Positions 12,401 to 25,365 of a stretch of 64,000 nt of DNA are shown piece after piece (position 1 is the stretch's first letter; the number at the start of each line of letters is the position of its first letter). The translations under genes and the position numbers were made by a program. The DNA is from Dipteris shenzhenensis. Lineage: Eukaryota. The DNA lies in assembly GCA_047967505.1 (NCBI GenBank), contig CM106538.1; one strand, given 5' to 3'. The notes beneath the pieces were generated by a model. The model was not told where the DNA came from and did no database searches. It saw only the letters and a program-made list of their open reading frames with translations.

Positions 12401-15400
12401 GTGGATGCACTCTCATCCTTGGAATCTTCCTCGATTGGAATGATTTCCTCTTTGCTAATTCTGATGTTGCTGAGGCTAATGCTGACTTTGATTTTGTTGC
12501 TGATGATGACCACTTTGCTGGTGTGATCTACCTCTACCTCTTCTTCTGTCTAAAGCTATGAATGCCTGATCATTAGAATGACCTTTGAATGCCTTAATGG
12601 GATTGAGCCCTGATTTATTCACCAAGATTGACCAGAGCTCTTCCAGTGTCAGAATTTGCCGTTGGATGGCAATACTCTAGACTAGATTCCTATATCCCTC
12701 TCCTAGTCCATTCAGGATAACTTGAACCATTTATGCTCGATTCATAGTCTCTCCTATTGCTGCAAGTTGATTGTTGTAGTCTTTGATCCGAAATACGTAA
12801 GCATGACTAGTTTCATTACTATTGCAGAAACTATGATTGATCTGGTTTCTCAATGTGAGAATCCTAGATGTGTTCTTAGACTCGTAGAGAGCTGTTAACA
12901 TATCCCATGCTTCTTTTGATGTCTTGATTGTGTTGAGTTGTCCTAGCATGACATCTTGCACATTCTGCTTGATCAGATGATATGCATACTTATCTTTCTT
13001 ATCCCATTCTACATGTGCTTGGGCAATTGCAAGATCTGCTACAAGTGCGAAAACTATTTGTGTAGTTGTAGATCCTGCTATAGATCCTGCTATTGGTGCT
13101 GTGATAATAGGTGGAGTAGAGCTACTATTGATTGGATCATCCAATGGTCTAGGTGTAGATCCATCGACATACTCCCATTTGTCCTAAAGTACAAGAATGG
13201 TCTCTATTCAGTATTTCCATGTGCCGTAATTGGAGTTGTCTAGCTTATTAGTAGATGCCTCGAGAATGAGGTTGCTAGTCATAGACATGGTGCAAGAAAT
13301 GTACTCAAAGTGTCATGAAAATCACTATCTGAATTAACTGTCAAACACTGATTATGCCAAGTGAAATTTGAGCTATCGGTGAAGATAGAATTGCAATAGA
13401 TAAAATCCGATCTGTATTAGAAGGCTTGCGGCAAATGATGTCGAGAATAGCCAAGATGCTTTACAAGGATGAAATGATGTGCACAATGCCGTGAAATAGC
13501 CGAATACGCTTTACAATGGTGGCATGTGTGTGTGAAATCAAATCTTGTGCTATCTTCCCATTGAACAATCGGACAATGTCTCTGAACACTCTGAAGTCTA
13601 CTCATTGAACTGATGAACGTCAGGTTTCGAGTAATGTGATGATGTGAAACCGTATGTGAGCGTATGGACTGACTCCAAGTCAGTACTAATCAGGAATTTG
13701 GGTCATGGCTTAGATTCAAAACTTGGGGAGATTCAAAGTGTCCCCTCCATGGCGATCTAGTCTACTTTGATCTAGATCTATACCAACCGTCGATTAATGA
13801 AAGAACAGCAAATAATTTATTTTCTTTGGTTCTTTTTAAGTGTTGTGTCAGATGCGTCGATGTAGAGGTTGATGTGCATGTAGGAAGTGGATTTGTTAGT
13901 GACGAGGCTCAAAAGTGAGTTATACTTGCGCCAAAATGTGCGCATGATGTGACGAGCGCGTAGAGCACAAAAAATTAAGCGACTTTCCTTTTTGGAGTAC
14001 CCTCTTTAATTCTTCTTGGATCAAGAGATACGACTTGATCTAGGTGGAGGGCAAAAGGAGTGCAAATGTGCTCAATGATGATGTGGCAGTCAAGGGGTCA
14101 CATGCTATGACTGTGCCTGTGGAGCACTATGCTGAGATGGCAACTGTGTTCACATGAAGTGCTTGTGGAGCACTATGTGTGCTTGCAGAGGGTCAATGTG
14201 CCATGTGGCACTGATGAGGTGGCCACTGACTAGGCATTAATGATGTGGCAGTGGATGCTAACATGGCACCTAGAGATGCTAATGTGGACCTGTTGATGTG
14301 GCTACTTACATGGCACGGGGTGACATGGCACCTGATTCGACTGTTGACATGGCAAGCGGTTGTAGATGACGTGGTAGATAAGATAAGGTTGTCACATGGC
14401 TAAATAATAACCAAGGTTTGTTGACCTGTGGTTAACCTCACCCAGGGTTGGTTTGACCAACCTTATCCAAACCACTCGACCTTAGGTTAACCTGATCCGG
14501 GGTGTGGTTTGTGGAGAGGATAAGGTGAGGTGCCACGTGTTTGGAGGAGGGCGAGCAAAATCTTTTAAAGATTCGTCGAAATCTTTGGAGATTCTATTCT
14601 TGTCCATCGACTTAGGCTATGGAGTCAGGCCGTCGCAGCTGTGTGTCGCACCGTTGTGGAGAGGTTGGCTTGTGCGTGGGAGACTGGAGGCAGAAGGTCG
14701 TTTTGTTTGGCCATTCTGTGGGTGCTGTAGAGCTTCATGTGATTAGCATGGAGGTCGTGGGTCAAGCAGGTTGGCTGGAGCATGGTGCGTTGTAGGAGGT
14801 CCGTTGTAGGAGTCGCAGGTGATGCTTGGGCTTGGAGCCTTAGTGAAGTGCATGCATACAGCTCACCTTTGAAGCCGGTTGTAGAAGGCGTCCACTGTGG
14901 AGAAGGCATAAGATTGACATAGAAACTATGGAGTAGCCCGTGGTCATGGAGCCATGGAATTCGTGGAAGGCGGGCTGTTAGAGGGCTCGTTTGCTTCGGA
15001 GTCTACATGTGTGTAGCCGTTGCTGCTTTTATCCTCCAAGTTGTCAGTTAGTCTGGTCATTGAAGCCGTTTTGCACTATGCGAGAAGCCACGGAGGTGCT
15101 GTGTGTTGGACGTGTACTAGAGGAGCCGGTTTTCAGAGTTATGTAGTAGGCGAGGATGGCAGATGGTTGAAGGAGAGCCATGGCTGAGAGTGTGGAGCCA
15201 AGCAATATGTGCATTTTTGGAGTTGAGGGGCCACCATGGCACAAATCTCTTCACCCTCCCTGCTGCTTTGGCACATGATTGCCCGTTGGAGAGCTATCGT
15301 AAAGGAGCTTGAGCCTGAAAGGTTGACTAGTGAGAATTTGAGAGCCTTAGGCTACAGTGGTTGATGAACAATTTACGACGCAGTTGATGGAGGAGCTTAG

Positions 15401-16177
15401 AGGCAGTCAAGTCTTCTGCTATAGTGGCAATGAAAGTTGGAGATAGCACCGTTGAAATCTGACTGGCTAGATAGGGATGGAAATCTGCAGCAGACAGAGA
15501 GCCTTGATGCTCAAGACACCTTGGATAAGAGAGACTCAGAGGTCTCTGCCAAGGAGTAGACTCGTATCTTTTCTCTGTCAAATATACAAAGGTGGTCGAG
15601 GGTTATTGCTGAACCTTTTCTTAGTTGAGTGCCCTTGCTTGTATGATGAGAATTCTCTCCCTATCAAAGTTAAGAGAAACTAAAAAGGAAATAAATCTCT
15701 CTCACAGAACTAGCTCTCTCTCAATCTCAATGCTCACCTTTTCTCAAAAGCGCTCTCTCTCTCAGTAAGAAGAAGAGGATACTCTCTCACACATACAATA
15801 TATCTCTCAAAGGTACAATGGATCGAATTGAAGAAGATTAACAGAAACCTTTTAATAATGGACGAAAATCTCTCAAAAATAGACGGAATTCCCCATCACT
15901 CAATGGAAGTCTTTCATCAGCGGAATGAAAAATGAACACTCAATCTCTCGATCACTCTCTCACACTCTCAAGGATTGCAATGCCTCAGCAGAAGGCAAGG
16001 GAGCTCTGATACCATGAAAAAATATGAAGAGGGGAGAGGAGTGGAGATGTAGAATATATACAAACCCATTTAGGGTTAGGGTTAGGCTTAGGGCATGTAG
16101 CCCTTTCCTTTATAACACTCTATTGGATTAGTGCTATCCACATATGACCACATGATGTTGAGCGTGAACTCTCAACA
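9492..16177 (-). mobile_element. Ty1/Copia LTR retrotransposon, decayed
   Basis: LTRs at 16015-16177 (5') and 9492-9721 (3'), both TG...CA. The PBS TGGTATCAGAGC (tRNA-iMet) is at 16003-16014. A polypurine tract adjoins 9722 on the minus strand. Flanks CTGCT/CCGCC are a degenerate 5-bp TSD. Domain order is gag-PR-IN-RT. Confidence 0.95.
9810..13288 (-). pseudogene. Copia gag-pol polyprotein with stops, frameshifts and RT/RNase H deletions
   Basis: Motifs seen: gag (KLDNSNYGTWK; SKEAWDMLTALYE), zinc knuckle CNYCNKFGHYERDC, protease WYIDSGAPSHM, WHKRYGH, integrase (DTPQQNARAERKN; KLDAKSRKCIMVGYSEESKAYKLYDP), RT (KWVYKVK; LKKSLYGLKQAPKSW; YVDDL). Most of the RNase H is missing. Confidence 0.93.
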
Positions 16178-18640
16178 CCGCCCCCCCCAATCCTATTGCG
16201 AATGCAATAGGACAATAGGAACTCATCTTGTTGCATTCACAGCAAGCTGGGTAGTCCCCCCTCTCACCCCTTCCTCCTCTCCCCTACCCCTCTCATGCAT
16301 GCCCTAACCCACTTCCCTCATCTCTCCCTCCCGCTTACTGCCTCTCCTCCTACCTCTCTCCACCATTTTTTTCCTTTTCCCTCCCTACCCTTTGCTCCCT
16401 ACCCTCGGTTACCCCCCTTGTCCCTCCCCTTGCCTCTCTTTGGATGGGCGGTAGCATTATATCAAATTGGTTTTGTTGCTGAAACATTGCTATGTAAGGG
16501 TATTCATGTGAATATCATCAACATCAAATATTAGCTAGGCTTCTTTGATAGATACTTTAGTTGCACAAAATATTATAAGGATGAAAAGAGAAGGGTCAAA
16601 AACTCAAAGTCATTGAAGAAGATAAGCGAGACCAGACAAACGTGTTGAGATGGAAGAGAGCAAACTAGATAATGTTGACACTAGCTTAAGTGATGAGAAT
16701 GATACTTCTATAGTGAATAAATTTAGTAAGGAAAACCAACACAAATGTAGACAAAGATGCAGGGGATCAAGCATTGAAAAAAGTAATTGAGATTCCACTT
16801 TCTCACCAAAGAAGAAGCTAGAGTCAAGAAGCAATCCCTATTGCTACCATCGAAGGAAAAGGAAGGATATAGTTGTGGAAAGATAGGACTTAAAATCTAG
16901 ATGGGCTTGAAGGACAGGGAAGTGGAGATGGTGGAGAAAACAAGGAAGTAGGACCCATAGTAAGCAATGATGAGCCTACAACTCAACCTCCCAAAAAGGT
17001 CCACAGGAGCTTGTTATTCTTTTTGGCTCTCATTATTATGTATGAAAAAAGCACAATATTAGTCTTTTTGGACTTGTCTTTGGTCTATTGGACTTTATAC
17101 AAGTCCAAAAATGTTGATAGTTGTGGTCTATACCCTGAGATAACATAGACTTGTAGGCGGAAAAAAATTGGAATATACTCAAAAGAGAAAAAGTGAAAAA
17201 AATAATTTCAAGACAATGAGTTGCTTTCAAGGAAAGAAAAAAACTAACATTAGTTACTCAATGCCGTGCTACTCCACTTTGGGATGTGATGTTCTCCCAC
17301 TTAGGATATAGATGTTAAATGCAAGAAAATGTGAATGCAACATCCTTTAATGGCCATTAAAAATAAGTTCCTGGTTTTTCCAACATCATTATCATTCTAA
17401 CATCATTACAATTAAAGATGCCGATCTCCAATATCCATCAAATTTGAACTTTAATCATTACAACTAAAGATGCTTCTCTCCTCGGGGGGTCCACTAGGAT
17501 TTATCATATGGTACCACGTGAGTATAAGGGAGGGGGGTTATATAAGTGAAGGAAAGTACATTTTATAAGGTAAGGTCCCGTAAATAGGGGTAGATAAGGG
17601 GAATTTTCATATATTTATTACACGCAGGTGACGTCTCCTTATTACTACTAGTGAATTCCCCATGCTTCTCTCCCATATCTATTAAATCTCAACTTTAATC
17701 ACATGAAGCTAAGCAACATCTTTTTGGCCCTGCAAGGGTCCTAAGGGATGAGTTGGTTAGTGAGTTGTTAATCAGGGCCATAGTTTTGACATTAGTTCAT
17801 TTGGTCAATTTGACCTTGCAAATTATGGTTAGTATGAGGCTTAAATGTAAGTTAGTAGAAGTTTACGGGCTTCTAATGTGTTAAGGGTTTAAGGTTTTTA
17901 TTTGCTTTTGGAGGTCCTAAATGCTTTGTCTTTTATTCCAAAAGCTTTTGTCTTTTGTTAGGTATTTTTCTCTAAAGATGGAGACTCTCTTTGTCTCTTG
18001 TATGACACCACAAATAGGCACGTCCCAAATTTTATTTAATGGCCCATCCACCACGCACACACACACCTTTTCACCTCTTTTCTCTCCTCTCTTTCACTCA
18101 TCTTCGTTTCCCGGTATTCTTTCACTTTTACTTGCTTTTTCTCTTTTCCTTTCCTTGCAATTTATACCCATAGTTTCCTTTCACAAGTTATTCGAAATAT
18201 TTATCAAGCTACTTACACTTAGACTTATAATGACACTCCAAAAGTAAGGGCCATAGTGGATCCCTTGTTTTTGCTTGGAGTTATAATGACACTCCAAAAG
18301 TAAGGGGGATAGTGGAGCCCCTGTTTTTGCTTTGTTTTCCTTTAGATGCTTAAAATTGTCCTTGGGGAGTGAAAAGTTCGATGCGTGTATCTTGGGTCAT
18401 GCGTTGCGTCAACAAATATGATTCATATTTGACTCATTACTCTTGGGGTGTCAATGGTGCATTTTCAATGTTTCATGTAAGTCCTGTTTTCTCCTCGCGG
18501 CCCCTCCCTCCTTGCCGCTCGGCTCTCCCTCCCTTCCTCCCGTTTTGCCCTCGTCCTTAATCCCTACAGCGTGTGGCGTGTGTTTGTGTGTCTCTCACGT
18601 GTATATGTGCGGGTAGAGTGTTGAGCTATCATTTCCACAG

Positions 18641-19543
18641 ATGAGATCCGTTCCTACGTTTGTGCGCAGTGCAAGTGTATTGGGCATTTTTGATTTAGCT
18701 GTCGCAGCGCCAGTAGCAGGAGGACGAACATCAGAGACGACAGATTGTTCTTGTTCGAGGGAACTTTGGAGAGTCCTTTTCGGGGGCGGTGCCACTCTGG
18801 TCGCCGTGCTTATCTGCCTGGGTCGTTGGCATTTCTCTCCTTTCCATGGGAAGCAAGAGGATCCAACGCGTCCTCGTGACATCCCGTATCGTGTCTCCCC
18901 GGCTGTCAGGTTTCTCTTTACAACGTTTAGAGTTTTGTCACCTCAAGCAGCTGTAGCCTGGGTTGTGATGGCTGGATTTGCAGCCACGATACTCCGCCAG
19001 CGACTAAACACCATGAAGAGGGAGGAATCAATCACCTGTGACAGCGGAAGGGTTGCTAAGAGATTATGTCCCATGACGTTCTGGATAGGCATAGATGTCG
19101 ATACTTATGATTCATTCTTCACCGATAGCTCTGTGGAGAGCGGGGACGCAGATGCAAAGAGAGCTGTGAGGCAACTGTTCGGCGAACACCGGCGGCTGGA
19201 GAAGGCACCAAATTTGAACCTGGCAGTGCCATGGCCAGGAAGCAAGCTCCCGGAGCAGGGATTGCAGCGGCAGGAATACTGTTATGTATGTTCACAAGGA
19301 TGGGATCCCAAGAACATAGCGTGGAAGGAAGCCATGGTTGCAAACGATGTGCTGCCAAAAATAGACGAGTCCATGGAGACGATAGAGGAGGGAAGGCCAT
19401 GGTGGGGGCGATTGCTTCTCTTAGATGAGTGTTTTGAGCCGATTAGTGCATGGCTTCAAGGTGAGTCCCTTGGAAATCTTGTGTGCATGGATGTCCATGA
19501 TAGTGGTGGTGGAAGCTTCCATGATAGTGGTGGTGGAAGCTGA
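18641..19543 (+). CDS. Uninterrupted 300-codon ORF of unknown function with two hydrophobic segments; possible gene or captured gene fragment
   Basis: GC-balanced, non-repetitive sequence with no stops. Hydrophobic stretches WRVLFGGGATLVAVLICL and AAVAWVVMAGFAATIL. It ends in a 24-bp tandem repeat. No family recognised. Confidence 0.35.
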   Translation: MRSVPTFVRSASVLGIFDLAVAAPVAGGRTSETTDCSCSRELWRVLFGGGATLVAVLICLGRWHFSPFHGKQEDPTRPRDIPYRVSPAVRFLFTTFRVLSPQAAVAWVVMAGFAATILRQRLNTMKREESITCDSGRVAKRLCPMTFWIGIDVDTYDSFFTDSSVESGDADAKRAVRQLFGEHRRLEKAPNLNLAVPWPGSKLPEQGLQRQEYCYVCSQGWDPKNIAWKEAMVANDVLPKIDESMETIEEGRPWWGRLLLLDECFEPISAWLQGESLGNLVCMDVHDSGGGSFHDSGGGS

Positions 19544-22500
19544 TAGTGGTGATGGAAGCTGGGATCATGCCTCTCTTTGTCATTCCCAGTAGGCTTGGCC
19601 TCTACATCCACCTTAACTCCTTCAAATTTAGCCAGCTCGTCCAATACTACATCAACACCCGGCACCCCGAGCGCAAAGACGCCCAACTTACTTGCATCAA
19701 TCTCTAAGACTTTGTCTTATGCATGCTCTTCGTGTTCTTTCTCTTCCTAATTCTCATCCCCCCGCTAGTCTATTACTACTATAGGCTTCCCTCTAGCACA
19801 TTAAGCTTCACTTCACTTGTTCTATTTACTATTGTGGCTAGCAGTGCATTGTAAACTTTGCATTTATATCCTTTTTCCCACCTCATGATGTCCTTTCTGG
19901 ATTTACTGATATCTGGCCTCATGCAAACAAGGAAAAGCTTCTATTCAACTTTGTAGTTTTCCTTTGTAATCTAGCATCTTATGTGCTTGCCTTAATCGAC
20001 ACCACCATGAATTGGGCTCTCTTTAAAGCTCGAGATTGTTCCCTCTTTAGATATATTATCCCCAACATAGGATCATAGGTTCCTTTTTGCCAACTTTCAT
20101 CAATTGAAAATAAGAAAAAGGCAAGAAGGGGGTGGTATTGCCCTTTGAACTTTAACTTTTTGAACCTGATATTACAACTCAATCACATGAGATACACTTT
20201 CAAACCCATAAGTGGGTCTTAGTTGCTTCTTTAAGCCTATAATGTTAAGAGTTTGATTCTCACAAAGTGGATATAATAGTTTTTCAAGATGTGTACACTA
20301 TGTTGAGGTTTCCAAAGGGCATAATTATGTCTTGCATTCCTAAATGCATACATATGTCTTCATTGCTAGTGAAATCATTATAATTGATGACATTACCATG
20401 ATAGTTTAATGTTTGTGATGATGTTTGTTGTTTCATTTGTGGAGGTAATTCTTTTATATATGTTTAATATTTCCTTTTCGTGGAATTTTTCTTTGAGAGG
20501 AGGAAAACTCTCTTACATACATGAATAAGAGATTGTTCTAATTTCATCTAATAATACCATATGATTGAAAATGTAGATTCAAAAATATAATATATAACAA
20601 TATTGGATGGATAAAGATATCAAGACATTGGCTGTGACCTTAAGGATCCTAACAGATTCATCTTTGTAAGCGTTCTAAGGGTTTGTGTAATAAGACATGA
20701 ACAACATTTTCACCTTCATATATTTGGGCACATATTTTCATGTCTCAATAGTATTTTCACACTATCATTGAAAGCCTTTTATATGTGTTATATATTGGCA
20801 CCAATGTTGGAATTCAATAGGCCTCTATAAATGAATGATGTTATTTTCTCAATGGATCAATAAGGCTTCCTTTATTCTCATACTCTTAAAAGGACATTCC
20901 CATAAGGAACAATTGGGGTGTTCTAGCACTATTTCTTTCTTCAAGTTTAAACCAATCATTGCCAAGGATTTACCCTCCTCCTCGACTTTCCATACTTTGA
21001 TTGGTTTGACAGCTTTAGGTTTCTTTTGCATCCTAGATACAATCCCAAAGAACCCTTTACCTTCAAGTATAACATCATCATGCATTTCTATTGAACCTGC
21101 AAATCTATGTCTCAAGGATTCAACTAAGCAAAACAATGAATGGGCAAGGAGCAGCCATTGGAGGAGTGAAGGGTCAGTTTGGGTGTAGGGGAAGCCGAAG
21201 TGGGATATGACCCTTGCCCACTAGTCTTTCTTGTGCACAATCCAAGGTCACCATTATGCTAAATGATAAGGGTGAGATGGTGGCAAGCATTAGGGAAAAA
21301 GGGAGCTCATTTTGGGGCCTTCAGAGAAATTCACGATTTCTTCATTTTCTTTCTTCTAAAAGAACAAAATATGACATAATCCCACTGATGTACGGTGCAA
21401 AATTTGATATTTCTGACAACCTGTCAAATCACTTTCATTTGTACAGCTGGCTTTCCTACCATTTTTTGGCTTTTCTAGGCCTCCAAGGGTCCGTTTTCAA
21501 CATTTCTAAAGTCATTTCGCGGTTTCATCCCGCTTCAAACTCGTCGGAGATGTCAAAAACGCCAAATTTTGCACCATGTGTCAGGTACAATAAAGTAACT
21601 CAAGTATCCTCGTTGAAGGTGGGGGTGCTCGGGTGCAAAAAAGTGCCAACAATTAATACTTGGAGATCAGGGTTAGCTAACGGGACAGAATCGTATGGTG
21701 ATGGGAGAATACCGAGTTATTATCCACACTTAACACTTAGTGAAATACATAACAAGTGGAAGCGAAAAAGAGAGACTATTGTTCATTTATTCAATCACAC
21801 ATCATGTACAATCAAGCCGCCTTGTCTTGTAATAAGCACTCCCTAACATGTCAACTTAGGTCGAGGAAGAGAACTCGACACACTGCTATCTATTCTTTCC
21901 TCGTTTTTTATAACTTAACTTCTACATAAGAAGCGCCTTCCATTTTAGCAAATGCTCAGTGCGCTTGCTTCTACATGCCTATAGGTTGATACCCCAAAAT
22001 CATTAGCGCCCACTAGTACAAAATGTTGCTCAATTGCTACTCCTATTATCTGTGATCGATGCTTGGTGATGACGTACAAGTTGGCCTACCCCAGGGTCAA
22101 CATCTTGCCTTGGTTATCCTTGCCCGTTGTGGATTAAATCCTCAAGGTCGGTGATGACTTTGTTGATTGGACAGTCATGGGCAAACTGGTAGTCAAGAAG
22201 GCCCAGCTTGATCGGTAGGGATTGGTCGAGGAGGTGATCGTATTGGTTCAAAAATGGTGCCCCCTTGTTAGCCAAGGATAGACATTAGAGATGTCCATGG
22301 GGGCCACTCGGGTCCGGCTAGCCAATCCAGGGACTAGGCTTCAACAAACCTTGGTCCTCAGATGGGAAGTCGATAGTGAGGGTTTTCAACATTGATGTAG
22401 TACCTCTGCACTTGGATGACACATTCTTGCCACATAATTCCCAGTTCCTTGCATAGGTCGCAAATAGGTGCTCAAGGTCTCATAAAAGCATTTTGTAGTA

Positions 22501-22631
22501 GACGGGTAACTCGACCGTGGTAGGCTTAGGTAGCTACTAAACTCGTACAAGAATCAACCCATGCTCAATTTTGAAGATATTGTGATGCACTTAGCGCACT
22601 CTCGAAGGGTGCACTGCTAAAAAATCCTAGG

Positions 22632-22816
22632 TATCATGTGCGTTCAAGGGGTATTTAAAAACCCCCTCAACTTTAAAAAAATCCACCCCTCCTTACTTAT
22701 GAGCTAATGGATTTTTTTCTAAAGTTGAATTAAAAAACCCCTCCTGTTATTGTAATCCTGTTAAAAAATTTCCAAAAGTGGGATTAAAATACCCCTTCTT
22801 TTGAATGCATGTGGTA
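22632..22816. mobile_element. MITE-like element, about 185 bp
   Basis: Imperfect TIRs TATCATGTGCGTTCAA..GGGGTATTT and (reverse complement) TACCACATGCATTCAA..GGGGTATTT. Flanks TAGG/TAGT. Confidence 0.55.
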
Positions 22817-24703
22817 TAGTAAAATTTTTGGAGGTGAATCGCCCGAGAGCGCACTCTTCCACAAAATGGAAATGTACTAGCGCATGGAGGATGTAGTAAG
22901 CACCTCATCTCCTGCCAGCTGCTACTGATAAAACATCTAGTGGATTGGAATCTCCTCCCTAACCCGCAAAACTTCTATTGAAGCTACAACAATTGGAAGA
23001 CCTTCCAGCAAAATGGGCTTGGCATCTGTAATTTTCTTGGTCTGCACCTCCTTAACTGCCTACTTTGCCAAAACCACGATCTGCCTTGTTATATCAAAAC
23101 TGCAGCCACCATCTGTACTACCTATTCAGTATGTGTCTCTTGACTAGAATGCAACAATAGTAGTGTTTGGGCCATGACCCCTTCTGGCCCCTTTGGTTGT
23201 GAAGTCTCACCCTCAGCCAAGGAATGTTGGCTCGAGGTTCCTACTTACTCTTTTGGAGAGGACTATTGGTGGCCACCTATTGAACCATCGGCTCCATCAT
23301 GATATGGTGATTGTCAACAACCATCGACTCCATCATGATATGGTGATTGTCAACAACAATGCAAGCGATCATGGTGCTTGTCCGGCACTTAGAGAAGGTA
23401 GATCAGTTGCTAGAGTTGCTCATACCTCTCTAGATTTGCTCAGAGCTATGCATTTTCCTTATGCAACATCTCCCCTTCCACAACTTCCTCCCTCATGCGC
23501 ACATTTTTCTACTCGAGCGCCTCGTCTATGATATGGTCCACCTACTACTGCTTGCTCGCTATGACCTATTGTTGTATCTTTTGTATGGCTCACTGCATGT
23601 TCATATTTTTAGGAGCAATGAACACCATAGTGCCCTAATCCTTTTTTATTAGATCCTTCTAGTGCTCGAGCTCATAGTGCAACTTGCTATGATCAGTCTT
23701 TAAATTTGTATGTGCATACTACATTTAACTATGAGCGTGGGCCACATCATCATGTACCGTTTGCTAACTTTCCAACTATTCTTTCAGGGATCTACATTTT
23801 GTAACCAAGTCACCTTTAACACCTTGTTCATTAATTTTGGACTTTTTCTGTTGTTTTTTAACGAAGCCCAAAAATCCTTCCCAAATGAAAAGTTTACTTT
23901 GTGAAAATATCCTTCCCAAATCAAAATTTTACTTTGTGAAAATATCCTTCCCAATTCAAAATTTCACTTTGTGGCACTATCATATTCACATAAAAATCTT
24001 ATTTTTTGGCAATCTATACTTTTGCACTAACATGCAAGAATTTGAAATAATCCTATTTTAGAAATTCTAGCTATTCCTAAGTTATTTATTAATTTAATTA
24101 TTTTTCATAATTTTCCTTAAAATGATAAATTTATAAATCCATGAAAGGAGACTTAAATATTTCATGTAAATAACATTGTCACTCGCAATATGCACAAATT
24201 TAAAACTTTTAATAAATAGAAAAAAGACATGATGCCATAACACCCAAGTTTTGTTTTGAACCAAAGATTCATTATAATAGCAATTATAGCTATCATATGT
24301 TTACATTGAGAAACATTGCTCTTAGCTGGAGTCTTTGTATAAAATGATATAGATTGAACATATGTTTACAAAATTGTTGCTCTTAGAGAGCCTGAATCCA
24401 TGCCATCTGCATTAACTCCCTGTTGTCTTATTGCTCAATGTGACAGTCACTTGCCAAGTGCCATCTGTATTAACTCCCTATTGTCTTGCCAAGCCTTGCC
24501 CCTTGGGTGACATCCAGTGCATAATTTGACTCTCATTTGACATAGGAGGTGATGACTCAGTATAGTGGCAACTACTAGTCTAATATATGATTATAATTGT
24601 CAATTGGCTTCTTGCCTAGTACCCAAATAGAATCCTTCAATGGACTTCAATACAAAGCTTTAATCATGGACATGTTAGAGTTAGCTCAAATGTCCACCTC
24701 TCA

Positions 24704-25365
24704 TGTAACCCACCAATATTCTGTGTACCCAATGTTGTAAGGCCCCCATATGAGGAGAAGCCATGATGGGTATCGGATATTGGGAGGGATCCCCAGTTTA
24801 GACACTGGAAGGGGTCTTAGAGTAGACCAGATGGTTATGAGACGGCTTAGGAGCCAAGAGTAGATACCCGTCTGCACAAAGGGGGGGTTCGGGGGGGCGA
24901 TAGCCCCCCCGATAGCAGGGGGTCCGGGGGGCGCAGGCCCCCGGTGGGGGTCTGGGGGCAAAGCCCCCAGCGGCAGGGTCCGGGGGTTGCCGGTAGCCCC
25001 AGGCCCGACGGTATGACCTATGTGCGATCCTTCATCTGCCCGACGGCATGTTTTCTGAAGGGTCGGTGGTCTTCCAAGCCGACTGTCTATTAGGCCGACT
25101 GCCTATTACAGGGCCGACCGTCAACCACTTACACTATATAAGTGGCCACCCCCTATCATCAGATCACCAGTTCTTCACGCTCATAGTCCTCCGTCCAGCA
25201 TCTGTCTAGATCACCATCGAAGCTCTGTCTGTAGAGCGCACGGGTGGACAGCCAACCATCAGTTGTATCAGCAGTTTGGTATATCAGAATTTTTGTATTC
25301 TCTCCAGCTTTCCATCGTGTACTTGCGTTTTGTTGTTATCTTCCGCTGCGTACTATTTTCTTACA
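24704..25365 (+). mobile_element. Solo LTR, Gypsy-like, 662 bp
   Basis: TGTAA...TTACA termini, GC-rich ggggtc..gggg..gcccc repeats, a TATA box (ctatataa, about 25134) and cttccgc near the 3' end. It abuts the 3' end of the Sola1-like ORF. The flanks do not form a TSD. Confidence 0.7.

Noticed and set aside
18224-23360. Short local tandem duplications (about 57 bp at 18224-18330, 24 bp at 19493-19560, 36 bp at 23283-23356)
   Set aside because: These are ordinary slippage-type duplications with no further structure.
21214-23700. 210-aa ORF at 21214-21846, CACTAGTACA at 22011 and possible Gypsy remnants
   Set aside because: No protein motif, no matching second terminus or subterminal repeats, and no clear LTR boundary. 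It is probably TE-derived but I cannot classify it.
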